Source: an uncultured Erysipelotrichia bacterium (GTDB taxonomy: Bacteria; Bacillota_I; Bacilli_A; JBKEDG01). Taken from it: 64,000 nt of DNA. Of this stretch, positions 18,913-28,819 are shown one piece after another (positions within the stretch are counted from its first letter, which is position 1; every line of letters starts with the position of its first letter). The notes under the pieces are model-generated. The model was given only the letters and a program-made list of their open reading frames with translations, was not told where the DNA came from and ran no database searches. The DNA lies in assembly GCA_964593055.1 (NCBI GenBank), contig CAZQIG010000002.1, positions 28,631 to 92,630 on the forward strand. The letters run 5' to 3'. A program made the position numbers and the translations under genes.

Positions 18913-20825
18913 TGAAAAAAAATAGTATAACAATTATTTTAATAGTATTTATAGCCAACATAATTTTTTTAAATTATTTTTCTGATTCCAATATTATTAA
19001 ATTAAATGATGGAAAGTATGAAATTAATATTAAAAACATTGAAAATATTCATGATTTTTTACTATACATAGAAATAAATGAAATTGATGTTCAGGTAGAT
19101 GCTGAATATAATGAAGAATATCATACTTTTATTAGCGAATCATATATAAAAAGAACAGGTTTGGACAGCAATAAAAATTGTTTTACAGATAGTTTTAATT
19201 TTTATTTTTCAGAAAAAACCAACTATTGTAAATTAAATATGCTACCTTCTTTTAATGAAAGTTATAATTTTATTAATGATGATGATTTTACGTTAATGAA
19301 GGAATACTTAACAAGAAACAATATCGAATATTCTGTGACATCATTTAATTATATTTTAGAAACTATAGATTATACAATCATCTTTATAATAATGGCTATT
19401 TTGTTGATGTTGTTATTTCTGTTTGATGCGCAACATAATTTGAAAGTAAAAGCCATTTTAAAATTGAGTGGTTATAGTACTCTTGAAATTATTTTGAAAT
19501 ATTTTAAAATAATTTTTTTAGTAAGCACATTAGCTATTTTATTAATTTTATTATTTGATGCTGCTTTAATTATCTATTCAACACAAGTTTCAGAATTTAC
19601 AATTTTTGTGAAAAATTTTGGTTTGAATTTTATAGTAATTTCCTTTGGGATATATTTTCTCTATTTTATGGCTAATCTTTTAAATAACAAAATTAATATT
19701 TTAAAAATATTAAAAGGTAAAATCTCTAAACCTATTGTTTTCACACTTATTTTTACGACAAAATTACTCTTATCAGCATCACTAATTGCTATAGTTATTT
19801 TTAGTGTAATTGAAGTTTATGAAGTTATTGGTGATTTTAGTAATAAAAAACATTGGGATAAGTATGAAGATTATTATAAAATCGGTAACGATGATTATGG
19901 TAGTGATACATTTAGTAAATTTGTAACAGACAATTATGATAATATTATTTACTTTGACTATTATATTCCGAGTGATTATGAATCATATCAAACATATTGT
20001 GTAAATGAAAAAAAATCAATAACATACTGTCATGAGGTAAGGGTGTCCAAATTATTCTATCACGATTTAAGTTTAGATTTAAGTTTAGATATGAATGAAT
20101 ATAATTATGATTTACTAGTATTAGTTCCAGAAATTCATGAGAATGATATTGAAGTAATAAAAAATGAGCATAGCATAATGTACCCAGAATTAGATCTTTT
20201 CTACATTAGTGTCGATGACTATAAATTGTATTCTTATGACACTGGTACAAATATTTTAAATAGAGATTACATTATAGAACCATTAATTGTGATAGATGTT
20301 AAAGGTACACTTGCAAATGAATATTACGAAAATTTGAATAATGCTTATATTTATTCAAGTGATGTTCCTAATATAACTAATTATGTAATAGATTCTGATG
20401 ATATTAAAGGTATTAGGATTGATGAAAGTTTGAAGAAATATTATGAAGATTACTTTAATATAAAAGTCTTTAGGGCTTTGATTATTATCTTAGTAACTTT
20501 TATTGGTATGGCTCTATTAAATATTAATAATAATTATTTTATCAATCAGACAATTAATTTTACAATTGAAAAATCCATAGTTATGAAAACTAATGGTTTT
20601 AGTAACTTTGATATCTATTACTTTATTTATAGCTTTGTAATTTTTGTTTATATGATTACAGCTTTTCTAATTTACTTAATGACAAAAAGCTTTATTGACC
20701 TTAGTTATGTACTGTTAGTTTTATCAGGAGTGTTTATTATATTGGATTGTACTATGATTAATCACAAAATTAATAAGATTGAAAAAACTAAAATAGTAGA
20801 ATTTTTAAAAGGAGGCAGACTATGA
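18912..20825 (+). CDS. ABC transporter permease, FtsX/MacB-like (antimicrobial-peptide exporter type)
   Basis: 637 aa. TM1 is followed by a large extracytoplasmic domain and a 3-TM FtsX-like bundle, repeated. It is translationally coupled to the downstream ATPase. Confidence 0.55.
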   Translation: MKKNSITIILIVFIANIIFLNYFSDSNIIKLNDGKYEINIKNIENIHDFLLYIEINEIDVQVDAEYNEEYHTFISESYIKRTGLDSNKNCFTDSFNFYFSEKTNYCKLNMLPSFNESYNFINDDDFTLMKEYLTRNNIEYSVTSFNYILETIDYTIIFIIMAILLMLLFLFDAQHNLKVKAILKLSGYSTLEIILKYFKIIFLVSTLAILLILLFDAALIIYSTQVSEFTIFVKNFGLNFIVISFGIYFLYFMANLLNNKINILKILKGKISKPIVFTLIFTTKLLLSASLIAIVIFSVIEVYEVIGDFSNKKHWDKYEDYYKIGNDDYGSDTFSKFVTDNYDNIIYFDYYIPSDYESYQTYCVNEKKSITYCHEVRVSKLFYHDLSLDLSLDMNEYNYDLLVLVPEIHENDIEVIKNEHSIMYPELDLFYISVDDYKLYSYDTGTNILNRDYIIEPLIVIDVKGTLANEYYENLNNAYIYSSDVPNITNYVIDSDDIKGIRIDESLKKYYEDYFNIKVFRALIIILVTFIGMALLNINNNYFINQTINFTIEKSIVMKTNGFSNFDIYYFIYSFVIFVYMITAFLIYLMTKSFIDLSYVLLVLSGVFIILDCTMINHKINKIEKTKIVEFLKGGRL

Positions 20826-21445
20826 TTAAGATTAAAAATTTGAGTAAAAAATTCGATGATAAAAATATATTTAATAATTTAAATCTCTCTTTTGACAAGA
20901 GTGAGCTTGTAGCTATTATTGGTAAGAGTGGTTGTGGTAAAAGTACTTTACTCAATATTATTGGATTACTAGAAAGTTATGATGGAAATCTTGAAATACT
21001 AGGTAAAAATAATCCGAATCTTAATAAAAAAGATGGTCGAGAGCTTTTAAAAAATGAAATTGGATTTATTTTTCAAAACTTTGCTTTGATTGATAATTTG
21101 ACAGTTAGTCAAAATCTGAAGCTCGTCAGTAAGTATAACAACTCTGATTTAAGCTTTGAAGATGCTTTAAAAAAAACTGATACATTAGATTTAATTGACA
21201 AAAAGGTGTCTCAATTAAGTGGTGGTGAACAACAAAGAGTGGCTATTAGTAGGCTAATTTTAAAAAATCCTCAAATTATCTTAGCTGATGAACCAACAGG
21301 AAGCTTAGATGAAGAAAATAGAGATAAGATTTTGGCATTAATGAGAAATTTTGTAGATAATGGGAAACTTGTAATTATTGTTACGCATGAAAAAGAAATA
21401 GCAAACAAGTGTGATGTAATTATCAACTTGGAGGAATATGTATGA
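20822..21445 (+). CDS. ABC transporter ATP-binding protein
   Basis: Walker A GKSGCGKST, signature LSGGEQQRV, Walker B ILADEPTGSLD. Confidence 0.85.
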   Translation: MIKIKNLSKKFDDKNIFNNLNLSFDKSELVAIIGKSGCGKSTLLNIIGLLESYDGNLEILGKNNPNLNKKDGRELLKNEIGFIFQNFALIDNLTVSQNLKLVSKYNNSDLSFEDALKKTDTLDLIDKKVSQLSGGEQQRVAISRLILKNPQIILADEPTGSLDEENRDKILALMRNFVDNGKLVIIVTHEKEIANKCDVIINLEEYV

Positions 21446-21912
21446 AAAAGATTTTTGTGCTCTTATTGGTGTTGATAATATTTTTTATTGGAGGGTATTT
21501 AATCTTTTTGAGTTTATCTGATAAAGAAATGAAATTGTATACTAAAGAGTTTTATGAACTAGGTTATACAGATTTTGATGATAAAGAGAATATTTATTCT
21601 AAAAAAGATACTTATGAAGGTTATAATACAACATATAGCTATCACTTGAGTTCAAATTACTTGAGTGTCAGTGTCTTTTTGAACAATAATACGCATATGT
21701 ATAATTTAGCATCAGATGATGGAAAGTTAATAGATTATGTTTTCTTAAATTTTGAAGAAAATACTAAATTTGAATGTAATGTTGGTGAAAGTGAGATATT
21801 TCAAGACAAGTGTCCAGATATTTATGGTGTATATAATGAAGCAAATGTAATTGAAGTTCTTGAAAAGATGTATGATGAAGAATTAATAAAAATAGAAAAT
21901 ATTATTGATTAA
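21442..21912 (+). CDS. Membrane-anchored extracytoplasmic hypothetical protein
   Basis: N-terminal TM followed by a Cys-containing soluble domain. It overlaps the ATPase stop. Confidence 0.4.
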   Translation: MKKIFVLLLVLIIFFIGGYLIFLSLSDKEMKLYTKEFYELGYTDFDDKENIYSKKDTYEGYNTTYSYHLSSNYLSVSVFLNNNTHMYNLASDDGKLIDYVFLNFEENTKFECNVGESEIFQDKCPDIYGVYNEANVIEVLEKMYDEELIKIENIID

Positions 21913-21987
21913 TTTTTTATAACTGTATATTAAAATTAGTGTTTTGGAGCTTTAATAGCTCTTTTTATTTTAGAAAAAGGAGAAAGT

Positions 21988-22745
21988 ATGCAACTAAAAA
22001 AGGATTTAGTACAAAAAGTAAATATAAAGAAGAACCAAATAATTTATAACTACTATTTAAAAAGTAGTGCATACAATAGAGAAGTAAAAGACTTTAGAGA
22101 TGGAACGCATCTAACAGTAGGAGATAAGCTGGTCTATAAAGTAAGCTCCACAACACTTGTTTGATGGGATATAATTTCAATCATACACTTTCTCCTTGTT
22201 ACATAAACTATAATAATAAATTAAACTTACTAAAACTATCGGAGATATTTGATAGTTTTTTTGAAAAGTATCATATAGATGAGAAGTTTTTCTTTGTAAC
22301 GCTAACAATGCCAAGTCTAAAGTCGGACATAGAGTTGTTAGAAGAAAATAACAAACTGATTAAAAAAGCTAATCAAGTTATTACTAGCTTATATAAACAG
22401 CTAGAAAAGAAGTATGGAACAAATGAATTAATCAAAAAGTATGAAGTCACATATAGTACAGTAAAGGTGATGTTTACAGTCACCCATATTTTCATTTAAT
22501 CATAACATTACCGCCGAATGTATGGCAGATGAAAAGTACAGAGTTAGAAGTGTCGTCAAGAGAGTATATTATAAATTACTAGTATAAGCACTTTTTAAGT
22601 AAGCATTTTGAAATTAAATTTGAAGATGCATTAGGATCATTTGCAAATGAAGTAGCATGTGAAAAATATGGTGAAAACAATTATAAGACACATGAGTGTT
22701 TACCACTATCAGATGGAAGTTTTAATATTATTGGTATAAATAAAT
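21988..22745 (+). pseudogene. Rep_1-family (pC194/pUB110-type) rolling-circle replication initiator, disrupted by at least two frameshifts
   Basis: Three consecutive frames give an N-terminal piece (MQLKKDLVQ...), then FFFVTLTMPS (motif I FLTLT-like) to HPYFHLII (HUH motif II), then ...SFANEVACEKYGENNYK...GINK* (motif III Tyr region). Confidence 0.55.
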
Positions 22746-22862
22746 AGTTGAAATGTAGATGGTAAAATGGTATATTTATGTAAACAAGACATACTTTGTA
22801 AATAAAAGGGGGATAGTATAAACACATTATTAATGTCCAAATACATTATAAGGGTGGTTATT

Positions 22863-23900
22863 ATGAAAAAAATAATTCGTCAAATAATAATTATAATTTT
22901 GGGTGTGGTTGTATTAGTGCCGTCGCACATTAATGCTATAAGTAAAAGTAGTGATAAAAATAGTAACGCATTTGAAACTTATATTCCAGAGTCACTAGAA
23001 TATGATGAATATACAATTGATTTTTATAAGGAATATAAAAATTATAGGTTAGCAAAAGATGAAATACTTAGAAAATATAATAGCTTAATAGTGAAGTATA
23101 ATAAAGAGTATGAAGAAAACTTGAAATTAGAAACATATGATGATATTCAAAATGCAATAGCATATGGGGTACTATTGATGGATGATGACCAGTTTTATAA
23201 GAAGGCAGGTGAATTTGTGGGAAAATTAGATATTTTGGAAAACACGTTTAAAAATAGTGATATAAACATATTATATAAATCATTGTTTAAAAGAAATGCT
23301 AATGAGTTCAATTCACTATCAATGCTTGCCATTTCAACTCCAGCCAATGAAAATAGCCAAGATATTTATAAAAATGTAGTGGAACCAGCAATTGGAAGAC
23401 AACGTGCGTCTTTCAATAAAAGTAATGCAATTAATTATGCAAAAAAACATGCAACAAATAGGAATAGCAGTTATAAAAGTTTAGATTTAGATTGTACAAA
23501 TTTTGCATCACAAATTTTAAGAGCTGGTGGATGGTCGTATACAGCTACATGGAGATATAGTTCCTTAAAAATTCCTAAAACATGGTCAAGAGCTGATTAT
23601 TTTGTGAAGTACTGGTCAAAATATGATAGCACAACTTGGGGTAGTTTTAATACTTTAACAACCTATGTGCGTGGCGGAGATTTTATTACATATGATAGCT
23701 CTAGAGATGGTGACTGGGATCATGTTGCTTTTGTGACCGCTAGATCATCATCATATTATCGTCAAAACGGTAGAAAATATTATTCAACGAAGATTGCACA
23801 GCATACTTCTGATTATCACAAATGGGCATACTATACAGGTTGGCAAAATTTTGACACCTCTTCTAGAGATAGGTATTATAGATATTTACGTTTTTGGTAA
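22863..23900 (+). CDS. Secreted protein with a C-terminal putative amidase (Amidase_6-like, papain-fold Cys/His) domain
   Basis: Signal peptide MKKIIRQIIIIILGVVVLVPSHINA. The C-terminal region contains DLDCTNFASQILRAGGW ... DWDHVAFV. ATG 22863 follows a GGGTGG RBS. Confidence 0.45.
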   Translation: MKKIIRQIIIIILGVVVLVPSHINAISKSSDKNSNAFETYIPESLEYDEYTIDFYKEYKNYRLAKDEILRKYNSLIVKYNKEYEENLKLETYDDIQNAIAYGVLLMDDDQFYKKAGEFVGKLDILENTFKNSDINILYKSLFKRNANEFNSLSMLAISTPANENSQDIYKNVVEPAIGRQRASFNKSNAINYAKKHATNRNSSYKSLDLDCTNFASQILRAGGWSYTATWRYSSLKIPKTWSRADYFVKYWSKYDSTTWGSFNTLTTYVRGGDFITYDSSRDGDWDHVAFVTARSSSYYRQNGRKYYSTKIAQHTSDYHKWAYYTGWQNFDTSSRDRYYRYLRFW

Positions 23901-23921
23901 TTAATTGAAAGGGGATAGGAA

Positions 23922-24479
23922 ATGAAAAAATTCAATCTTTTATTAATTGTGGTTGTATTGCTTTCAGGATGTAATAAAGATACGGGATTTAACTATGAAG
24001 ATGCAAATTTTAGAGTAAATAACAAATATTATCCGATAAAAAATGAAGATGATTTTAATAGATATTATAGTGTTCCAAAGTCAATATATAATGACTCGGA
24101 AAGTGAAATTTTCAATACTAAAACTAATTATATTAATCCATATTTGATTGGAGATATGTATAATATTGGGATAGAAAGTTTTAATGAAAAATATTACATG
24201 GGTAATACAGGGATCTACTATTTAATAGAAGATACAGCTTTGAAGGATTTTGAGGAGATATCAATTATTATAGGAATGGAATTTTTTGCACAAGATATTT
24301 ATTATAAGAGTATCATTGTTAATGGTGAGTGCGAACTAAATATTAGCTATGAAGATTTAGATAATAATGTAGTTAATTATTCATCTTCTGAGGAAGCATG
24401 TGAACTGTTAAAAGAATATAACGAAGAATTTTATGATGAATTAAATAATTATTTAAAATCAGCTTATGGATATGAGTAG
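23922..24479 (+). CDS. Lipoprotein, hypothetical
   Basis: Lipobox LLSGC at residues 13-17; 185 aa; two Cys in the mature part. Confidence 0.5.
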   Translation: MKKFNLLLIVVVLLSGCNKDTGFNYEDANFRVNNKYYPIKNEDDFNRYYSVPKSIYNDSESEIFNTKTNYINPYLIGDMYNIGIESFNEKYYMGNTGIYYLIEDTALKDFEEISIIIGMEFFAQDIYYKSIIVNGECELNISYEDLDNNVVNYSSSEEACELLKEYNEEFYDELNNYLKSAYGYE

Positions 24480-24684
24480 TATGAAAGCTTTATTTTCATG
24501 TAAATATCTATAGAGTGATTAGAATACTATGTAGAATATATGATTAATTTATGTGTCATGTGGTAATTTAAGAGCTTTATGTAAAAGTTAATGGAATTTA
24601 GAACTATGAAGGAAAGATTATTCATTATATGGTACGTATAAAGCAAGATGTAATCACTAAAAACAATAGACAGGAGTTAAATAA

Positions 24685-24990
24685 GTGGAAATAGTTTATT
24701 TTGAACCAAATTCAATTTTTGTGTTACTGTTATTTTTAGGACTCTTCTATTTAGCAACATTCACAATATGTTTGGTTACTATTAAATTTGATGTTCTGGG
24801 GAAATTGTTTTTAGTAGTATCTTTACTATTGTATTTATATGTTGGATATTATATGACAGCTGCTAGTTATTATGCTGATGACAAGTCACTGGATATATTT
24901 TCAAGTTATGGATATTTGGAATTAATAATATTAGTATATCCTTACATATTTTTATCAATAGCATGTAGGTTTGGAGAGAAAAAAAATTAA
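24685..24990 (+). CDS. Hypothetical small membrane protein
   Basis: 101 aa with 3 TM segments. GTG start. Confidence 0.3.
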   Translation: MEIVYFEPNSIFVLLLFLGLFYLATFTICLVTIKFDVLGKLFLVVSLLLYLYVGYYMTAASYYADDKSLDIFSSYGYLELIILVYPYIFLSIACRFGEKKN

Positions 24991-25098
24991 AATAATATAA
25001 TTTTTATACAATTTCTGCAAACGAGTTCAATTAATAAATTGAGCTCGTTTTATTTTGAAAGGAAGGAGAAAGTGCTTAAAATTTAAAAAGACCGCTTT

Positions 25099-25215
25099 AC
25101 AAGAATTAGTTGACCACTTGGATTATTTTCATGTTTTATTTGTTTGAAGTTGAACAGACTTTCGAGATTTTTTGAAGATAGGATATATCTTTTAAAAGTC
25201 TTATAAATTCATCAA
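25099..25215. repeat. R1 repeat, copy B
   Basis: ~90% identical to 17893-18009. No ORF follows this copy. Confidence 0.6.
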
Positions 25216-25649
25216 ATAAAACTGGTTAGTATTATGAAGCAGATTAACATGACAAATACTCCATGAAATTTAGCACTGTATGTGTAAAGTGCTGTAATCT
25301 AGACATGATTAATGAAAACATTAAAATGTAGTATGTTGGTAAAGCAGCTAAAAATGAGTATCATTTTGGAAGAGAACCTTAGGGTTATTTGAAAAATAAA
25401 GAGGAAAAATTAGTTTAGAATCTTAAGGTTAAAGAAACTAATATTATTGGTACTATCGACTTTACTTTAAATAATTTTATGAAACAATGATAAAAGAATT
25501 TAGTGAGGCACAAACTTTGCAAATAAAAACAATTTAAGAGTTAAGGCAATTTCATATGTTCTAGGTTTGTTTTAAGAAAAGAGTCTAATTATGACAGTTG
25601 TTTTTGAAAGAGACATAAAATCAGAATAACTATTTGATATTTTTGTCTT

Positions 25650-25709
25650 TTTTAGTTTTTCTTCCATTGTACAGGTGCATATAAAAACCCCTAAAGTTAG
25701 AATAGTATA
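25650..25709. repeat. R2 repeat, copy A (~60 bp, 3 mismatches vs 27024-27084)
   Basis: Aligned by eye: tttttagtttttcttccattgtacaRgtgcatataaaaacccctaaagttagaRtagtata. The minus strand reads TATACTA..AGGGG-8 nt-ATGCACYTGTACAATGGAAGAAAAACTAAAAA, i.e. a conserved -10-like box, RBS and start of a tiny ORF. Confidence 0.55.
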
Positions 25710-25936
25710 GTTGTTACTATTGTTCTTGTAAAGTTTATAAAATAATTTGATTAAAAGATATATCAACATTATTAGTTATTTAATTGTGTTATACTTAATA
25801 TAAGAAGTATTGAATCATAAATATGGAAGGAGTGAAAATGAGTATATTTAGATTACTAACTTTAGAGAATCATTCAGAATTAGAAATATTAAGTATAGTT
25901 TAATAAAGAATTCTTTAATGATGGAGGCTAATTATA

Positions 25937-26542
25937 ATGAAAAAAACTTTAAATTTGATACTAGTCTTAGTAATTCTTGTATCCACAGGTAGTATTTATA
26001 ATATCAACAAAGGATTTAATTTGTTTTCCAAAGTAATTGAAGCCAATGAGAATGAATACTATGATGATACAGTAGAAAATTTAATAGAATCAGTTAATGA
26101 TTATGATGTGATAAGAATTAATGATGATAAGTATGGAACTAGGTATCTGGGTGGTTATTATGAGTATAAATATTCTCATACTATAACGTATAATGACAAA
26201 TATTTAGGTGTGCACCCTAATTTTTCAGCTTCAAATCCATTATACTCTGATGGCTATTATTTTAGTACTACTAATGATAAAAGGTTTAGTGCATCAGTTA
26301 GTGTAGGGGTTAAATTTGTTTCTGTATCATTTAATGTAGATGCTTCTAGTTCTGTGGGTAGTGGTTACTTTAGGAGTGCTAGTTCTTCTAGAAAGTCTTT
26401 ACCGTATATAAGAGCGGATTTAAAAGTTAAATTCTATGATATGTATATTTATGACGATTATGGAAAACTCTTAGCTATATCACGTGATTATTATACTCAA
26501 ACAACTACATCAGATAGACAAATTTTTATAAAATACTTTTAA
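25937..26542 (+). CDS. Secreted hypothetical protein
   Basis: Signal peptide MKKTLNLILVLVILVSTGSIYN. 201 aa, Tyr/Ser-rich. Confidence 0.4.
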   Translation: MKKTLNLILVLVILVSTGSIYNINKGFNLFSKVIEANENEYYDDTVENLIESVNDYDVIRINDDKYGTRYLGGYYEYKYSHTITYNDKYLGVHPNFSASNPLYSDGYYFSTTNDKRFSASVSVGVKFVSVSFNVDASSSVGSGYFRSASSSRKSLPYIRADLKVKFYDMYIYDDYGKLLAISRDYYTQTTTSDRQIFIKYF

Positions 26543-26564
26543 AGTTTGATTTTAGGGGGAGAAT

Positions 26565-26819
26565 ATGAAAAAAGAAATTATTAAAGCGTTCATATATACT
26601 TTACTTATAGTTGCAATATTTATATTATTAGATAATTACATAGGTTATGTAACTAGCAATTATGTATTAGAATCGTTTCTTGACAATTATAAAGAAATGA
26701 TCAATATATTTTTTCATATATTTACCATTATATTGATTATAATGTGCACAAAATATATACTATATAAAAGAAATAATGATGATATGATTACATTTGAGCG
26801 AAAAGACAATAGTAAATAG
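26565..26819 (+). CDS. Small 2-TM membrane protein
   Basis: 84 aa. RBS GGGGGAG before the ATG. Confidence 0.35.
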   Translation: MKKEIIKAFIYTLLIVAIFILLDNYIGYVTSNYVLESFLDNYKEMINIFFHIFTIILIIMCTKYILYKRNNDDMITFERKDNSK

Positions 26820-27023
26820 AGTAATAGTCTAATAAGAGAGTTAATGCCATTATAGTTGGATATTTAAATTATGATGCCGTTTTAATACAATTATGAATGG
26901 AAGATTTGTAACATAATGGAGAATCAGATTTAAATAAACTAAATGAATGTACAGAAAAATGAGGAGACAAGTATCAGTATAAATTTAAGCTGTAGAGACA
27001 ATTGGAGCTTTCATTTTTAGTTT

Positions 27024-27084
27024 TTCTTCCATTGTACAAGTGCATATAAAAACCCCTAAAGTTAGAGTAGTATATTTATTATAC
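27024..27084. repeat. R2 repeat, copy B
   Basis: Lies ~40 bp from the 3' end of tRNA-Gly. Confidence 0.55.
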
Positions 27085-27121
27085 AATTCTCTCCAACTTA
27101 TGGGGTCTTTTCAATTCTAAA

Positions 27122-27195
27122 TGGAGCGGGTGAAGGGAATCGAACCCTCACAGTCAGCTTGGAAGGCTGAAGTTCTACCATTAAACTACACCCGC
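27122..27195 (-). tRNA. tRNA-Gly (anticodon UCC)
   Basis: Reverse complement GCGGGTGTAGTTTAATGGTAGAACTTCAGCCTTCCAAGCTGA...TTCGATTCCCTTCACCCGCTCCA; CCA is encoded. Confidence 0.85.
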
Positions 27196-27196
27196 A

Positions 27197-27272
27197 TGGC
27201 GGTCCAGACGGGATTCGAACCCGCGATCTCCGCTGTGACAGAGCGGCATGTTAACCACTACACCACTGGACC
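27197..27272 (-). tRNA. tRNA-Asp (anticodon GUC)
   Basis: Reverse complement GGTCCAGTGGTGTAGTGGTTAACATGCCGCTCTGTCACAGCGG...GGTTCGAATCCCGTCTGGACCGCCA. Confidence 0.85.
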
Positions 27273-27349
27273 AGTAGGAATATAATATCATATGGAACTA
27301 TATTTGTAAACAACTTTTTATAAAAAAAAGAAACTGCGAGTAGCAATTT

Positions 27350-28795
27350 CTATAAAAATATTTTTTGGTACTTATTTTTAAGGTACTCAATTAGGTATTG
27401 AATATTAAAGCTTTCACCAGTTACTTCTTCAAGAATTTCCAGCTGTGTCTTTGTAGCAGCTTTTTGGTGAATGTTTTGATGTAACCACTCATGGATTGGT
27501 TTCAAGTTACCAGAACTAAGAACTTTTTCAAAATTCAATTCTTTTTTCATTGTATTTAAAAATTGTGCTGCAAAAGCTGTACCCAATAAATATGTTGGAA
27601 AATAACCAAACTGACCAGCTGACCAGTGAACATCTTGTAAGATGCCATTATTATCTTCATCAACTTCGATATTGAAATATTTAAAGTATAGTTCATTCCA
27701 ACGTTTTTTAGCATCTTTTGGATCAAGTAAACCGTTAAATAGTTCTTTTTCAATATTATATCTCAATAAAATATGGAGTGGATAAGTTAGTTCATCAGCT
27801 TCAACACGGCTATAACTTGGACTCACATCATTGACATACTTATAAAACTCCTTTTCATTTAGATGTGCATACATTGGGAAAATAGTTTTAATTTTGTCGA
27901 AATGTGTTTTTAGAAAAGTTTCATTTGTAAATATAAAAATTTCATAAAAGCGTGACTGTGACTCATGAAAAGCTAGTGATGCAGAAGAGTCTAATAAAGT
28001 ATTTTCTAAATTAGTATCAAATCCTTGCTCGTATTTAGCATGACCTAATTCATGAAATAAACTCTTCATACTTGAAAGAGGGTTATTAGTATATTTAGTT
28101 GTTAGACGTACATCTTGAGTAGAAAGTCCCATACAAAAAGGATGAACACTTTCACTTATCTCTCCTCTTGCTAAATCAAACTCCATGATATCTACAATCC
28201 AATCTTTCATGATTTTTTGTTCATCAAGACAATCATCATTTAATAATTTTGGTTGTACAGCTTTGTTTGCTATGACTTCTTTTACAAAAGGAACTAATTG
28301 TTCTTCAATAACTTTAAAAATTTCATCATATTCTTTAGTAGTAAAGTTTTCTTCAAAACTATCTAATAATGTATCATATAAATTGTCACACGTTGCCATT
28401 ATTTCAGCATTTTTCTTAGCATTATCAATTGAAGCTAACAAAGCAGCTTCATAGATAGAATAATCATTTTTTTGTCGTGCTTCTTCCCATTTTTGATTGG
28501 CCTCAAATCTGATTTTTTGTGTTTCTTGAATAAACTCCTCACTAAATTTTTTGGCATTATCAACAAATTTCAATAATATTTCACAATGCCTTTTGTTTTT
28601 AGGATCTTTTTGAGCTTCTAAAATAGCTTGATAGAATTTATCATCTGTTAAAAGATTTTTTCTATCAATTGTTAATTGGGTCAAATAGTCTTGGACAAAG
28701 CTTGCTGTTTTCACCTTGTTTTTTGTATGGATTTCCCATAACAATACTCCGTATAAATAAGAAGTTTGCTTAAGCAGTTTAATTGTTTTTTCCAT
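27350..28795 (-). CDS. Carboxypeptidase Taq (M32) family metallocarboxypeptidase
   Basis: HELGHAKYE (HExxH), HPFCMGLSTQDVRLTTKY, 481 aa. Confidence 0.85.
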   Translation of the reverse strand: MEKTIKLLKQTSYLYGVLLWEIHTKNKVKTASFVQDYLTQLTIDRKNLLTDDKFYQAILEAQKDPKNKRHCEILLKFVDNAKKFSEEFIQETQKIRFEANQKWEEARQKNDYSIYEAALLASIDNAKKNAEIMATCDNLYDTLLDSFEENFTTKEYDEIFKVIEEQLVPFVKEVIANKAVQPKLLNDDCLDEQKIMKDWIVDIMEFDLARGEISESVHPFCMGLSTQDVRLTTKYTNNPLSSMKSLFHELGHAKYEQGFDTNLENTLLDSSASLAFHESQSRFYEIFIFTNETFLKTHFDKIKTIFPMYAHLNEKEFYKYVNDVSPSYSRVEADELTYPLHILLRYNIEKELFNGLLDPKDAKKRWNELYFKYFNIEVDEDNNGILQDVHWSAGQFGYFPTYLLGTAFAAQFLNTMKKELNFEKVLSSGNLKPIHEWLHQNIHQKAATKTQLEILEEVTGESFNIQYLIEYLKNKYQKIFL

Positions 28796-28819
28796 AAATC
28801 CTCCTTTTCAAACATTATA

